Assembly (NCBI GenBank): GCA_030390025.1
Contig: CM059449.1
Coordinates: 33,728,001 to 33,792,000 of the forward strand
Reading direction: 5' to 3'
DNA length: 64,000 nucleotides
DNA from: Squalus acanthias
Taxonomy: Eukaryota
The notes beneath the pieces are model-generated. The model was not told the DNA's origin and did not search any database. It was given only the letters and a program-made list of their open reading frames with translations. The stretch's first letter is position 1. Each line of letters begins with the position of its first letter. The translations under genes and the position numbers were made by a program. This document shows positions 39,236 to 52,000 of this stretch, piece by piece.

Positions 39236-41435
39236 TTAAAATATCGCATCTGTTGAGTACCGTTATCGGGTCCCAGAAACTTTTCAAACAGTGCCTTTTT
39301 TAATGTACATAGCTGCGCTCCTACAATTCTGGCCTGTTGTGCATTCCCGATACAGGAATGGCGGATCCGAATAACTTCCCAATGCAACGTTCCAATTTAC
39401 TGGATCCGCTGTAGTTTCCAAGTATTCTATTTTAACAAATCTGAGTCTGAAAATACCGAAAGAAAGCGGACGAAAGTGAATTCACCATTTAGAATACCAT
39501 TGTCATTTCCTAGTTGGAGCTAAAGTCCCTCTGTATACACAATAGATGTAATGAGAGCTGGGCACGGAATGGTCGATGCCGTGATCCGACTGTGTAAGAT
39601 GTTGTGGATGCATTAAGCAATGTGCTCTGTGCTACATTTGTTGTCGCTTGCGGTTTATGTGCAGTGACTTTCTGCTAACACTGTTAGACTCTGACTGACA
39701 AAAAACGAAACTTTGCGGCTTTAGCATCTGCCGAACTGGACAGACACCCACGTCCCTTCAACAAAGCTGTTTCCGTTACGTGCTGCACAGTTCCGCATGT
39801 TCAGTGTTCCAACCGTGAGAAGACAGCTAGAGATCCTTGAAACCTTTGCAATTTGCTCCATAACAGCAAAACAAACCATGAACAAACAAACTGCAGCGAA
39901 TATGTAATGTCCAATATTCCATATCCCAGGACTTGTGCTGAAAACAAGGCACATTTCCCGTCTGCCTTCATTCCGCGGATCCACACCATGACTAGACCCC
40001 GCCAGTGTAGTAACTGCTATGGAGAACCTCTGCTATACAAGTTAAAGGGCACAGTTCCATGTACCAGTATTATTCATTTAACAGTATTCGCATTCAATAA
40101 TCAGCACCGAAACCTTACCAGGTACGAAAATTCTAGGTCCAGTACAAGTGCTCCAACTTTACCAGTGCAGAGACAACTAGGCTACTTCTGGCGGTGGACA
40201 TTGAAGTCCCCACTCAGCGTACATTCTGTGTCCGTGTTTCCCTGAGCCTTTCCTCCAACCTGCCTTCAATATGGAGCAGTACTAAATCCTCAGTTAAGGG
40301 AGAGTGGGCTGTTTTGGTAGCTGGGCTCCAGCAGGAACTTTCCTTTTTCTTGCTTGACCGAAAGCCATGAGATATTTGTGATAGAGTCTTTGTGCGTGAG
40401 GAATGGCGTGGTCTGGTTGAGAAAGATTGGAAACTCTCACTGGGGGACACAGGTTCAACACAAAACTGGAAGAATGTGCGATTTCATATCAGTGTGTTAT
40501 GGGGTCACACCGCCCCACAGGGTGATTTCAGATCAGTGTGTTACGGCCACTTTCAAGAGTGCAGAATAGCAGTTTAAAGTAAGTCAGAAGACACAGATCC
40601 AGGTTAATGGCTTGGGAGTTGAAAACTAATATTAGGAGCAACTTTTCTCAATGATGATGAAAGCTACGATAAATTCCTCAGTAGGAAAGCACGAATGGTA
40701 ATAATTGGCGGTGTTCTGAATGCAGTTCGTATCTACTCGGATAGTCCTGTCCACGGAGGGATGAGTTGCAATGTGCCCAATGGCTTTTTCTTGTACAGTA
40801 AATGTCACCCTATATTTTACCACAATAAAAATTTGGCACTGGTCCTCCAGGTTTCTTCAATATTAGTTTAGGAAACATCATTGAGGAAAAACCTGGTAAA
40901 ATATAAAGAAAAATAATCCCCGCTCACTGAACGCTACAGGTGCATGCTGGGATATTTGGCCTAGTTAACAATCTCAGATTGAACCGTCACCATTCAACTC
41001 AAAGACCAAGCTTCTGAAAGAGGATGAGGCCTTCAGGTAGACAGTTTGAGGAAGGCATTAAAAGATGCAAAAGACAATTTATGGGATAGAATTAATGATT
41101 CTATTGTAAAATATAATAGCTGACGTTTTAAAATGTAATCTCTTATTGTGGACAATAGAATGTTCAGACAACCGCGATTGAAAAAAAATACAAAATATGT
41201 TTGAGTGATTGGTGGGATGTGGTTAAAAAGATCAATCCTGGATGGATGGATGGAGGGGCTGACGGGCGGACGTCCATATTTTAGGTGTCATTTTATCTTC
41301 TCAGGAAAGATGTATTAATTTTAACTAAATAAATATTTCTGCTGTCAGAATATAAGTTTAGACTATTGCGTAAATTGCTCAGTGAACTGGTGTTTGTAAC
41401 ACTTGATGTTATTTCAATATGTTATGGTGTTCTAG

Positions 41436-41695
41436 ATTCTCACTCTTTGATGAATCACTACACACTGGACCATGGGATTTCTGATCTTCCGGACTATAGT
41501 ATAATGGAGGTTGTGGATGGCTGTGAGATAAACTATTGTGACAGCAATATGTACCTAACGGTTCCAAGGAAGCAGTGGATGGTGAATTCCTATGAAACCA
41601 GTTACTGTGAGGAACTCATAATTACTGCAGCCAGTTTCCACGGAATCAGAAAGGGCAAGTTTCCAGAACGTTACAGCAGATGAACCTCAGTTCAA
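41436..41695 (+). pseudogene. Orphan MHC class I alpha1 exon paralog with a 1-nt deletion
   Basis: ttctag|AT TCT CAC...TCA A|gtaagt, 260 nt versus 261 nt for the intact exon. DSHSLMNHYTLDHGISDLPDYSIMEVVDGCEINYCD...VPRKQWM... with a frameshift at AAG GG-CAA. The corrected frame ends QVSRTLQQMNLSS. I found no matching leader, alpha2 or alpha3 exon for it. Confidence 0.9.
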
Positions 41696-41869
41696 GTAAG
41701 TTGATAAGTAAAAAAAATCCCCCTGGATCCACCTGCTGAAGCGCAGAGCACGAGAGCACGCATTCCTAGTTGAATTCTATTATTTACTGTTGCCTATTCA
41801 TTCAGCTGTACCAGAGAACTATGAAAGCAGTATTCTGTAAATATATTAGCAATGTTCCAGAACAAGTGA

Positions 41870-42195
41870 GGGGGAGAATGCAGTAGCCTGGTGACGATAG
41901 TACTGGATGTGTATCCCAAAGGTGTTGAGTCCAAATTCCAACATGGGAAGTTGCAAAATTAAAATAATTGAATCTGATAATTTGTGCGCTACCAACAAGA
42001 AAAATGACCATGGAAGCTGGTGGATTATAATAAAACCGAACTGATTCACTAATGTCTTACAGAGACGGAAACCTGACACTCTGTTGCTGGTCTGGCTTAC
42101 AAGTGATTCTATCCCACCCAACATAGTTGGCTCTTATTGCAGTCAAGGCAAGAAGGGATGGGCAATAAATGCTGGCTTGCCAGAGTCGCTCACTA
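41870..42195 (+). mobile_element. tRNA-type SINE, older copy of the 6822-7108 family
   Basis: Degenerate tRNA-like head and GGGATGGGCAATAAATGCTGGC tail. Confidence 0.6.
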
Positions 42196-42279
42196 ACGCC
42201 ACTTAAATTAAATGTTTTCCAGTCACTTCACCATCAACGGTTTTGCGCTGGGCCCGAGACAAATTTCCCCCTGGAAAAT

Positions 42280-43530
42280 ATAATATAAAATAGTCAGCAT
42301 GGATTTGTAAAAGGAAGGCCATGTTTAAACAACCTTATTGAATAAGTTGAAGAATTAATTGAAAGAATACACAAGGGCAATGCAGTAGGTGTGATCTACA
42401 TGGACATTCAAAAGGCCTTCCATAAGGTGCTCGATAAGAAGCTCATGGCAAGGGTCAGAGCCTGTGGAGTCAGAGGTCAGATATCAGAATGAAAAGAAAG
42501 ATGGTTAGAATACAGAACATGGGGGTGGGTGATAAGGAAAGTTTCCCAGACTGACGTCAAGTGGGAAGTGCTGTCTCGCAGGTATCTGTGCAGGGACCAC
42601 TGTTGTCCACCAGAAACATCAATGATTTGGACTCAGAGTATCGATGTATGGGGGATGATTTTGAATTTGGTGATCAGCTATCCGTTATACATTTCTTGGG
42701 AGGTGTTTTCCTCCCTGGTGTGGAAATTTGCACATGATACCAATTGGGTTGTCCAGCCAATAATGTGGAGGACTGCAATAAAATACAAGAAGACACAAAC
42801 AGGCTTGCAGAGTGGGCAAATACATGACAAATGAAATGCAATATAGCGAAGTGTGAGGTGGATCATTTTGGTAGGAGGAATAAGGTGGCCACTTATTCCT
42901 TGGAAGGTAAGAAACTAAATGTGGTAGAGGAGCAAACAGATCTGGAAACACAGATGCACAAATCCTTAGAAGTAGCAACGGAAGCTGATAACATCACAAG
43001 TGCAAACAAAGTATTGGGGTTCATTTTTAGCAGAACAGAACATAAAACTGTGAGGTAATGTTACATTTATACAGAGCCTTGGTTAGACCAGAATTGGAGT
43101 ACTGTGGGTTGTTCTGGTCTCCATGCTACAAAAAGGATATTGAAGCACTGGGGTACATACAGAATATACTTGCAAGGAAGTTATCAGAATTAAGAGGACA
43201 CAACTATCAGGACAGTTTGGACTGGGCTGGATCTGGGTTCTTGTAGACACTTACAGATTAAGTAAATAATTTCGGAGTCATTTCCTGATACACAGAGTAC
43301 TGAGAATGTGGAACTCGCTGCCACGTGGAATGGTTGAAGCAGAGAGCATTGCTATTTTTAAGAATGGGCTTGATGCATACCTGAGGGAGGAGGGAATATA
43401 GGGATATATAGGGGCAGGTTTTGAAGCAGTAATTAGATTAGGATAACTCCCCTGTGGAGTATAAACACCAGCTAGACCAGTGAGGCGAATGGCCTGTTCC
43501 TGTGTTGAAGATTCTAACATGTAATTCCAT
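42280..43530 (+). mobile_element. Old CR1 RT and 3' fragment
   Basis: KCEVDHFGRRN and LYRALVRPELEYC motifs. Confidence 0.85.
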
Positions 43531-45133
43531 GTAATCGGTTGAGACAACACGGATGCAGAAGCTTGGTGGAGTCACGGCAGAGCACTAGGTATCGGAGGAG
43601 TAATTGGATTCACTTTGATCTAAAATTTTGTTGTATACGAATATACAATAACAGAAAAATAAAGAAATAATTTCACAGTTTAAAGTGATCATGAAATTAT
43701 TGTTGTGTTCTCAGGGAACTGGGACGTTCCACAGAATCTTGAATTGAGGAAGTTCTACAAATGGAATGCTAATTCTTTCAGAGGAAGTGAAGCTACAAGA
43801 GGAAGAGCCTCCAGGCGTGACTCATTCTAGGAGCCCGCAGTAACATATGTGTCACAAAAGCCAGGGCTCGGGATTTAAAAATGATATTGTAAAATGCTGA
43901 TGTCTTAATGTACAGACTAGTAAATTGATTAAATGGCAATTTCACCCACGGGACCATGAGAGTCTTTGGGAAAGTGGAAACGTGGGAAAGTTAGATAAGT
44001 TAGTGGGACAGTCTAATTTAAAAAGACTTAAACAGTTGCTAGGAGAAATGTAATTCTACGTCTTTCCCTGGTTTGGTTTTTACACTTTCTCTCTGAAAAT
44101 CCCCTCTCATTCTGTGACCTCGCCCTCCTCTAGGGGAGGTGGTACCTGATGCTGAGACAGAGTTCTGCGGGTGCCTGCGACCTCTCCCATTTCTCTGATG
44201 TGACAACTTTTCAGGTGCGAGCCCATAGAATGAGAGTAAGCAGGACATTCCACTATGAGGGGCAGTGCATCGCAGCACAGAGCGATGCAACTTAGGTGCA
44301 CAAGGATGTTCCAGCGGGTGGTCACTCAATATCGAACAACAATGTGTACCTGGGATCTGTCAGCCCATAACACGGGGGCTAATTCTAATCCCACATCCCA
44401 TCAGGTCGCAGCCTTGGATGAAATAACAACCTCAACACACATCAGAGGGACACATCTAAACTTTGTTGGAGACGAAACATACCAACAAAGCAACATTTTG
44501 TAATTTCCCACCTTGAAAGAATACGGTGTGTATTCACAACAACATGTTACAACGTGTTGCACTAACCACCCATCAAGGGTAGAGATCTGTTCCCAAACCA
44601 TGAAAATGCAACCAAGAAACCAGTGCTACTGATATCACTGTTGACCTTGCCTGGCATTACACAAGGCGATTAACAAGGGGCAGATTGCCGTCTTTACCGC
44701 CTGGATATTAAGCCTCGCCTGGGCGGAGCACAGAGTAATACCAGATGGAAAGGCTCCCACACCATTTGCAGAACCCGCCTGATTTCCCTTCTATTGAACA
44801 TCTAGCACTGAGTGTTTTATTCCAGGTGGGTTCGAGGCTTGGGGAAGACTGGACCAAGGCGCACAGACATCATTCATCGCCATCTATCTTTAATTCATGC
44901 ATTCTCTCCTTACTGATAGAAACCTTTGGTTTTATATAATTCACAGCTATATAAGAAGATTTAGGGTAATTTAGGAATTGGACAACTTGAGATGGTTGGA
45001 GCATTGGGTGTTTTTCCTAGAATAATTCAATCCGCATTTGAAAGTCACTACATTCGGTCCTTATTTTAACTCAGTACTTTGACTTTATATTTTACAGTTT
45101 GGTTTTACATCGAGGAAGCACAAAATAAAGTCA

Positions 45134-45329
45134 AAAATGAGAAGTCGCACAACACCAGGTTATAGTCCAACAGATTTATTTAAAGTTACAAGCTTTCGCA
45201 GCTGTTGCCCCTTCGAAGGGGCAACAGCTCCGAAAGCTTGTAACTTTAAATAAATCTGTTGGACTATAACCTGGTGTTGTGCGACTTCTCATTTTTGTCC
45301 ACCCCAGTCCAACACCGGCATCTCCGCAT
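45134..45329. mobile_element. Palindromic Penelope-derived insertion with 13-bp TSD
   Basis: Palindrome 45132-45297 (83-bp arms, 1 mismatch, no loop, centre TTCGAA). TSD CAAAATAAAGTCA at 45121-45133 and 45330-45342. Same family as 7874-8066. Confidence 0.88.
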
Positions 45330-45421
45330 CAAAATAAAGTCAGTTCAAGTGTAAAGTATGCTGGAATGTTTTTAATTAAACATTAGCCCACACGCCGCTG
45401 CTGTAAAGACAGCCGCAGTTT

Positions 45422-45607
45422 GGGGCAATTTTATCCTAAGTGGCTGGGCGGGATCCCACGGGGCGGGTGGAACATTCCTTTCCCGCTCCCGCGCAATATT
45501 ACTCTCCACTGACTTCAATGGAGAGTAAAATTGGGCGCGGGGTAAAACCAGCGTTGCCCCCGATGCCGTTAGTTGTTCGGCCGGGCGGGTTAGGTTAAAA
45601 TTGCCCC
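45422..45607. mobile_element. Hairpin MITE (about 186 bp)
   Basis: TIRs GGGGCAATTTTA.CCTAA and TTAGGTTAAAATTGCCCC, with central TTACTCTCCA-TGACTTCAA-TGGAGAGTAA. Similar elements at 50675-50853, 50875-51048, 52347-52533, 54204-54423, 55053-55194, 56478-56614, 59572-59723 and 60526-60710. Confidence 0.75.
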
Positions 45608-45849
45608 ACGGGTTCAGAAAGGGTTTAATTGTCGTGATATGAACTTCAGTGATTCGCTGTATTGAGGTTCAAGAAGCTGACTAGTTTATGACGCGACTTT
45701 CTGTGGCAACGAGGGCGTTTCCCGCTAGATTCAGGCAATATATTCATTGTTATCAATTATACGACATAACCCCCGGAGCGCTGTTTTAAACATATTTCTA
45801 ACCGCCCGCCGTGTATTGTCCATGACCACATGGCGCAGGCCTTGGACTG

Positions 45850-45925
45850 TGAGTCAGTTTCGGTGCTGCTCACGGTTCAGGGACAGCCCTGAACAACCAG
45901 TGACGTATCTTTACTGCGATTGGAC
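45850..45925 (+). promoter_or_regulatory. MHC-type proximal promoter: AP-1, ISRE-like, X1/X2 (CRE) and Y (inverted CCAAT) boxes
   Basis: TGAGTCA 45850-45856, AGTTTCGGTG 45856-45865, CCCTGAACAACCAG-TGACGTA 45887-45907 and ATTGG 45919-45923, in canonical order upstream of the leader ATG. Confidence 0.65.
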
Positions 45926-46039
45926 GGTGAGCTCCCGGACTGCCCACTTGTGAGTGAAGCTGGGCTCGGATTCATTCAAGGCGCTCAGTCTTGTTCTGTC
46001 ACTGGGAGATACGGCAGGTTGGCGGGCGGACGGTACGGC

Positions 46040-46091
46040 ATGTTTCTGTCACTTGTACTGAGTTTCTCCCGCCTACAAGCGGCCCTGTCTG
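46040..46091 (+). CDS. MHC class I-like exon 1, signal peptide MFLSLVLSFSRLQAALS
   Basis: ATG in a CpG-rich stretch about 115 nt after a CCAAT (ATTGG) box. 17 hydrophobic codons plus 1 nt, then G|gtgagt, a phase-1 donor matching the alpha1 exon. Confidence 0.85.
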
Positions 46092-49000
46092 GTGAGTAGC
46101 CGGTTCCCGCACAATCATTGAATGTCTCCAGGCTCACCCTCCGATCTTCGACTGTAACCGGCAGGCTTGTCGGTCACATCAGGTGTGTAACACAGAGAAA
46201 CTGGACAGTGTGTGCGCAAGTGAAGCGATGAAGCGGGATTGGAATCTCCATCCTGCTTCTCAGGCTCGCTTCTCCCTCTGCTTGGATTAGATGATGTCCA
46301 TTACTGTCCGGACAGCCTGACATTACCGCTCAGTTACTGTGACAGCTTGTATGTTCGCTCTGATAAGCAGGAGGGAGACGGACAGTTTGTTCCCGCTAAG
46401 CGGCTTGCGGGTACGGAATTGTCAGTATAACTGCGAGCCCAGTCCCGACCTGACCCCCGAGTGACCCAGAGCCCAGCGGCGACTCTCCTGCAGGAAAGCG
46501 GTTCAGTCGGTTCGGGTTCACACCTGTTTCAGTGTAACTCCAGCCGGCGGGAAGCTGCATTTTAAAAGCTTCATTCTACCTCCTGGGAACTTGGAAAACC
46601 TTTTAAACCTCCCAATAAACCGGACAAATCATTAAAAATACAGAGGGAGGGGTTCACTTTTATCAAAGGGGGAAACAGGCTCCCGCGACCCGGGAACCTC
46701 TTTTACACTTTCCGACTCGCTTTAGAATGAAGCTTTGAGGCGATCCGTGCAGGTTCGGGTGAAGACTGAGCTCCCAGAGTTAACCTCTCTGTCTCTTTCA
46801 CACTGACCTGCTGCATATTTGCAACATTTGCTGTTTGTAGCGGATTCCCACCATGTGCGGTTCCATTCGGGCTCATGTTGACTCTGTGTGATGGTGTAAA
46901 GAGGGCGAGAGCGAGTCTGAAGCCCTTTTTCCATCTTTCTCCCCGTTTCCTCCTTCTATTGAGTTCAATGGCAGTAAAAATCTGGAGAGCTTTAACAGGA
47001 GCTGGCGACTGGCTATCGCCCGTTTTACTATCGCACAAAGTCAAGATCGAGCCCACTGACTGTTGGAATTGATCGGCGCCTGCTGCTCACAGCCTGGAGC
47101 TGTTCGGGGTAAACACCAGAGGCAGCTTTCGGCACCTGTTACAGCTGCTGTGGAAGAAAGAGAGAAAGAAAGACTTGCCTTTCTACAGCGCCTTTCACCA
47201 GCTCAGGACATCAGGTGGAAGCCGATTTAACAGTAACTTTGAAGAAGGAATCGGACAAATACTTAAAGGGAAAACAAAAGTACAGGGCTATGGAGAAAGA
47301 ACAGGTAGTGGGAATCATTGGCTTGTTCTACCAAAGAGCCGACACAGGCACAATGGGCCGAATGGGCTCCTTCTGTGCTGTCTCATTCCATGATTGGATG
47401 GAGTTAAAATACAGATCAGCCATGACTTAATTGAATGGCAGTAAAAGGCTCGAGGGGCTGAATGGCCTCCTCCTGTTCCTAAATTAATGTTGGTGATATT
47501 GGAGGTGAAATGCTTACCATATTGGTGTAACATTGCTTTGCCTGTTAACTTAATGGTGCAGCCTGTTTAAAACAAGTGGGATATTCGCTGTGTTACAACA
47601 GTGGACAATAACATGTCTTACTAATATTGCCAACAGTAATTTTAGGCAGAACATGTACAGCGGTACAGCGAGTAATAAGAGTCAATGAACAAGTGTATTT
47701 GTTGCTTGGTATGAAATTCCTCTTTTCACTATTTTAGCAGAGCCTCAATCTGTTCACAGCAGATAGATTTACACCACCTCTGAAAGGGAGGAGGTTTGAA
47801 TTTTCAGATTGTACAGCTTGTAAACTTTCTATCACCCAGCAGAAACATTGAAAGTGACCAGCCTGTGATTGGCCTTTCCTTGACCTTAACAAGGCGAGGC
47901 TGTATTTGTCAGTGAGGTTTGCACCTCTTCTGAGAAGGTGCAAACACAGGATTGGAGATTGCTACTGCTTTTAACAGCCAGCTCTATAATCGCTACCGAT
48001 CAGGTTCAGTGGGAAATATTCTCGCCGGTGCTTTCAATTTGTGTCCCAGTCTTCCTCCAGTTTCAAGTCTTTGCCATTCACCAGTGTGGTCTTTTCTAAT
48101 CCAATTCCGCCCGCAGTTCCTAATGCTGGGAGTAGAGCCAGAGATTCCCTCCCCAGTGACGGGAGGTGATTTATTTCCCATTGGATAGAATGAGTTTCAC
48201 TGAACTAGATAAGCAGAATAATGTGGGAGGGGTTCGGACAACGACAAAACCTTCCCGTTTCGCTGTGCAGGATTTTAACTGAGCGACTCCCTGAAACATG
48301 TTCCTCTTTGCTTTACTAAGCCTTTACTTTTCTCAAAGGGTGGTTCCTGGTAAGTCAAATGACAGGAATTGTGCGGCTATATTCTTTATTGCACGACATG
48401 ACCGCCATCGAGAACAACGTATTTGACCCCGGTTTTGTCCGGGTAAAACTGACTGCCCCGTGTTTCGTCTGGGAGACAATGACTGCCCCGGTGTTTAGTC
48501 CGGGATACACCGACTGTCTCGGACATTGCGGATGCCCTGGGGGAGCTCCTGTGTTAGTTGAAACGGTGAGGTGACGATAGGGCCTCGTGTGGCGTTGGAC
48601 GCTTAAGAAAGGTGCCGGAGAGTTACTGCAGGACTGAAGTAATGTCCCCCAATCATAGATGGGGATTTGTGCGGTGATTCAGACCGACGTGTTGGCAACG
48701 TTGGTTGGACTCATTCCAGGAGCTTTCATCACATGACCTCCAGCCCAGTCAACCCGTATTTTGTCCCCAGCTCCAATAATATTATAATTGTGATTGTTGT
48801 GTTATTGTTATCTTTCTCTCTAGTTTCTTGCAGCGGTGTCCAGGAGATTAATATTTAATTCCTGGAGACTGCGGGATAGTTCTGGAGTGTTGGTAAACCT
48901 ATGCACCGCCCGTCAGATAGATTAAGTTGGTGGAGACAGTATAATTTTCGTGATCCGGCTTCATTTACATGAAATGAGCGCCAAGACCTTTTGATTTAAA

Positions 49001-52000
49001 GGCAGCCTGCAGTCCCTTAAATGGCCGCTGCACTTTTCAAGGGTGGTTAATGGAGAGCGACTTACTGGAGCAGCAGGTTTCGTGACATGATCAGGTGTCC
49101 TCCGATTCTCTGGGCAACGGTGGAAGCGCTTGTAGGGCAAGTTAGCACCGGTATTGAGGATCTCGTCTCCTCTAATAGGTAACGATAGGCCCGGCAAAAT
49201 AGTCAGCTGTAATGGCGAGAGGTGGATGAGCAAGCCAATGGCAGCAACATTGGGTATAAGGTGCATGGTACCCGAAAGCGGCTGATGGAGATCGACAGCC
49301 TGTTTTGGTCTATCGCCCAATTTTATTTTCCAATGAATTCAATCGAATAGAAATTCAGGCAGCGGGCAAAGCTGCCTGCTGATTCGCAATCGCCCATTCC
49401 GCGCTGCCGCCCAAGACAAATTTATATTCCATTTTCCCAAGGATCTGTCTGCATTGCAGGAAGAAACGTAATGACCTCACCAGGACTGACAAGGTTAGAC
49501 TCGGCTTCACATCTCTCTTACTGTCTGCACAGCCTCGCACCGCCTGAAGTTTGCCGCTGCACTTCTAATCCTTTCCTCCCCATTCCCATGGCTCTCCTCC
49601 AATCACAACTGACCCTTCACTACATTCCAGAGTGAAATTACAAGAAGCCCATTAACAGTTCAAAATGTTCAGCAGCCAGTACCAGCATTTTAAATGGATT
49701 AAGTAGTGAAATTCCACAAAATAATAGAAGAAAAATATCTCCCAAATATTCCAAAATTTTATTTGAGACCAACTGAGGATTCCTTTAATATCTGCCTCCC
49801 GATTGGTTCCACTTTGTGGGCAGAATCAGGAACTAGTGGGAACAATGTGGGCAGAGAGGGAAATATAACTGAGGGCCCTGAAAACGTCCTTAAACCCCAA
49901 TTTGCATATATTCAAGCTGCTTTTTCCCCTCTTTTGCTCAGTAAATCTGAGGACAATTTTAATGTCGCTACAAGCAGCGGGCTGGGAGCAGATCACTGCG
50001 CACACACCAGGGATGGATTCTGCACGGCTTAGTACCATAATTCTGGGTGCACTTCCTCACTAATTCACCAAAGAATCCCCAGGTCAGACGTGGGACTAAA
50101 ATCTTAAAGTTACGATTTACAAATGAGCTGAGCTGATGTAAATTATTTCAACCATCACATTTTTCATTTATTTCGAAAATGGGAATATTCTTGTAATTGG
50201 ATAAGATTTAATATTAAGGCTCATTTTGCCTTCTCTGCAATGGTTTAACACGGGAGCGATGGCAAAATATCCAGTGTTCTCGCATTTTTCTGAATAAATT
50301 ATTTTGTCCCTATTTGTTTAGCAAACTGACATTTCTGATATTTGTATGGAAATGATTTTTTTTTATTATGTCCTAGAGTCTCACTCTCTGTTATATTACT
50401 ACACCCTGAACCATGGGAGTGCTGATCTGCCGGAGTACAGTGTTATGGGGCTTTTGGATGGCTGTGAGATAGACTATTACGACAAAAATATGAAAATAAC
50501 TGTTCCAAGACAGCAATGGATGGCAGAAGCATTTGAGAAGAGTTACTGGGACGAATACACAATAACTCAAGCTGGATTCCACGGACTCATCAAGGGACAG
50601 GTTGATAGATGGATGCAGCAGAACAACCAAACATCAAGTGAGTGTATTCGTTTGAATGAATGCAGTGAACGACAGGGGTCATTTAAACTTGGGGGATTGT
50701 GTAACATGAGTAATATCAAACCGCCTGATATACACCCGCCTGATCTTCCCTTCCATTGACTTCAACAGAAAGGAACATTAGGCGAGGTGTATAATGGGCA
50801 ACTAATTGAATATCACCCATTTTACACCCTCTCTGGAATGTAACATTAACCCCAATGAATGATGTTGGTGATAAGGGGGTGAAATTCAGTGTTGGTGGGT
50901 GTAAAATGGGCAGTAGCAGCGAGGCCACCCTTTATACATGCTGCCTGATTTTCCTTTACATTCACATCACAGTAAAATGGGCCTTGGTCTATAACAGGCG
51001 GCTTTTCCGCTGCCACCCGTTCAGCAACCCTGCTGAAGTTGAATTTCACTTGCAGCCAGATAAAATCCGGGCGCCTGTGATTCAGCTTTTGTTTTACACC
51101 TCGATCGCAAAAGAAAATGAGATGTGGTGGAAAACGGGCGAAATATGGGCGCCTGTGAATCAGCTGTCGTTTTACACCTTAATCGATTTTCTGAAAATCG
51201 GACATGATGTACTCTTTTGGTGCACACTATGAACAAATAAAGTGTAACTTAAAAAAACCATTAAAGGAAACCAAACAACTTAAATTTATATGTTGTTACT
51301 GGTGGTGAAGATGCACGCCAGTCCCTGTGGTGCCCACCGGTCGTGGAAAATCACGAACGTGCTGGCGGACACCGTGGGCTGCATCTCCAGGGCCACCCGG
51401 GCGCGAACGTGGCCGCGGAAGAAAGGCAGGAAGTCGGGCCGAACGAGCCCCTCGACCGCCCGCCGCCTTGACCAGTTGATGGCCACTATGGCCAGGTCCA
51501 GGAGCAGTCCTACGAGGAGGTCCCCAGATCTGCCCGCTCCCCTCCGCACCGGGTGACCAAAGATCAGGAGCGTGGGACTGAAGTGCAGCCTAAAATCGAG
51601 GAGCAGCTTCTTCAGATAATGGAAGAAGGGCCGCAACCTCTCACATTCGATATATACATGGAACACGGACTCCTCCAGGCTCGGAGATGGTGTAAAGTGG
51701 GCGGCCGATTCAGCATTGGTCATATTTCACCTGGTGATAACAGTTAAAAATCCGCCCCTCCCCACCACCACTAGTGTTTATTGAATGACATTTGTATTAT
51801 TACATTTAATTTATGATATTTGTAATATTATATTTATTTAATTATTTTGCTGGTATTTTACATGTAACTAATCATATTATGTTTATTGGAGTAATTTTTT
51901 ACTCTTCAGCCAAAAAGAAAAATGGCCAATATTGGACCGACCGCCCTTTCTAAACCTCGCTCAGATTCCCTTTCAATTGGGCGAGGTTTATAATAGGCCA

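Noticed and set aside
50346-50759. ORF-track starts and ends for the MHC ORFs (50346, 54734, 55321, 41366)
   Set aside because: They extend into introns; the true boundaries are the splice sites given.
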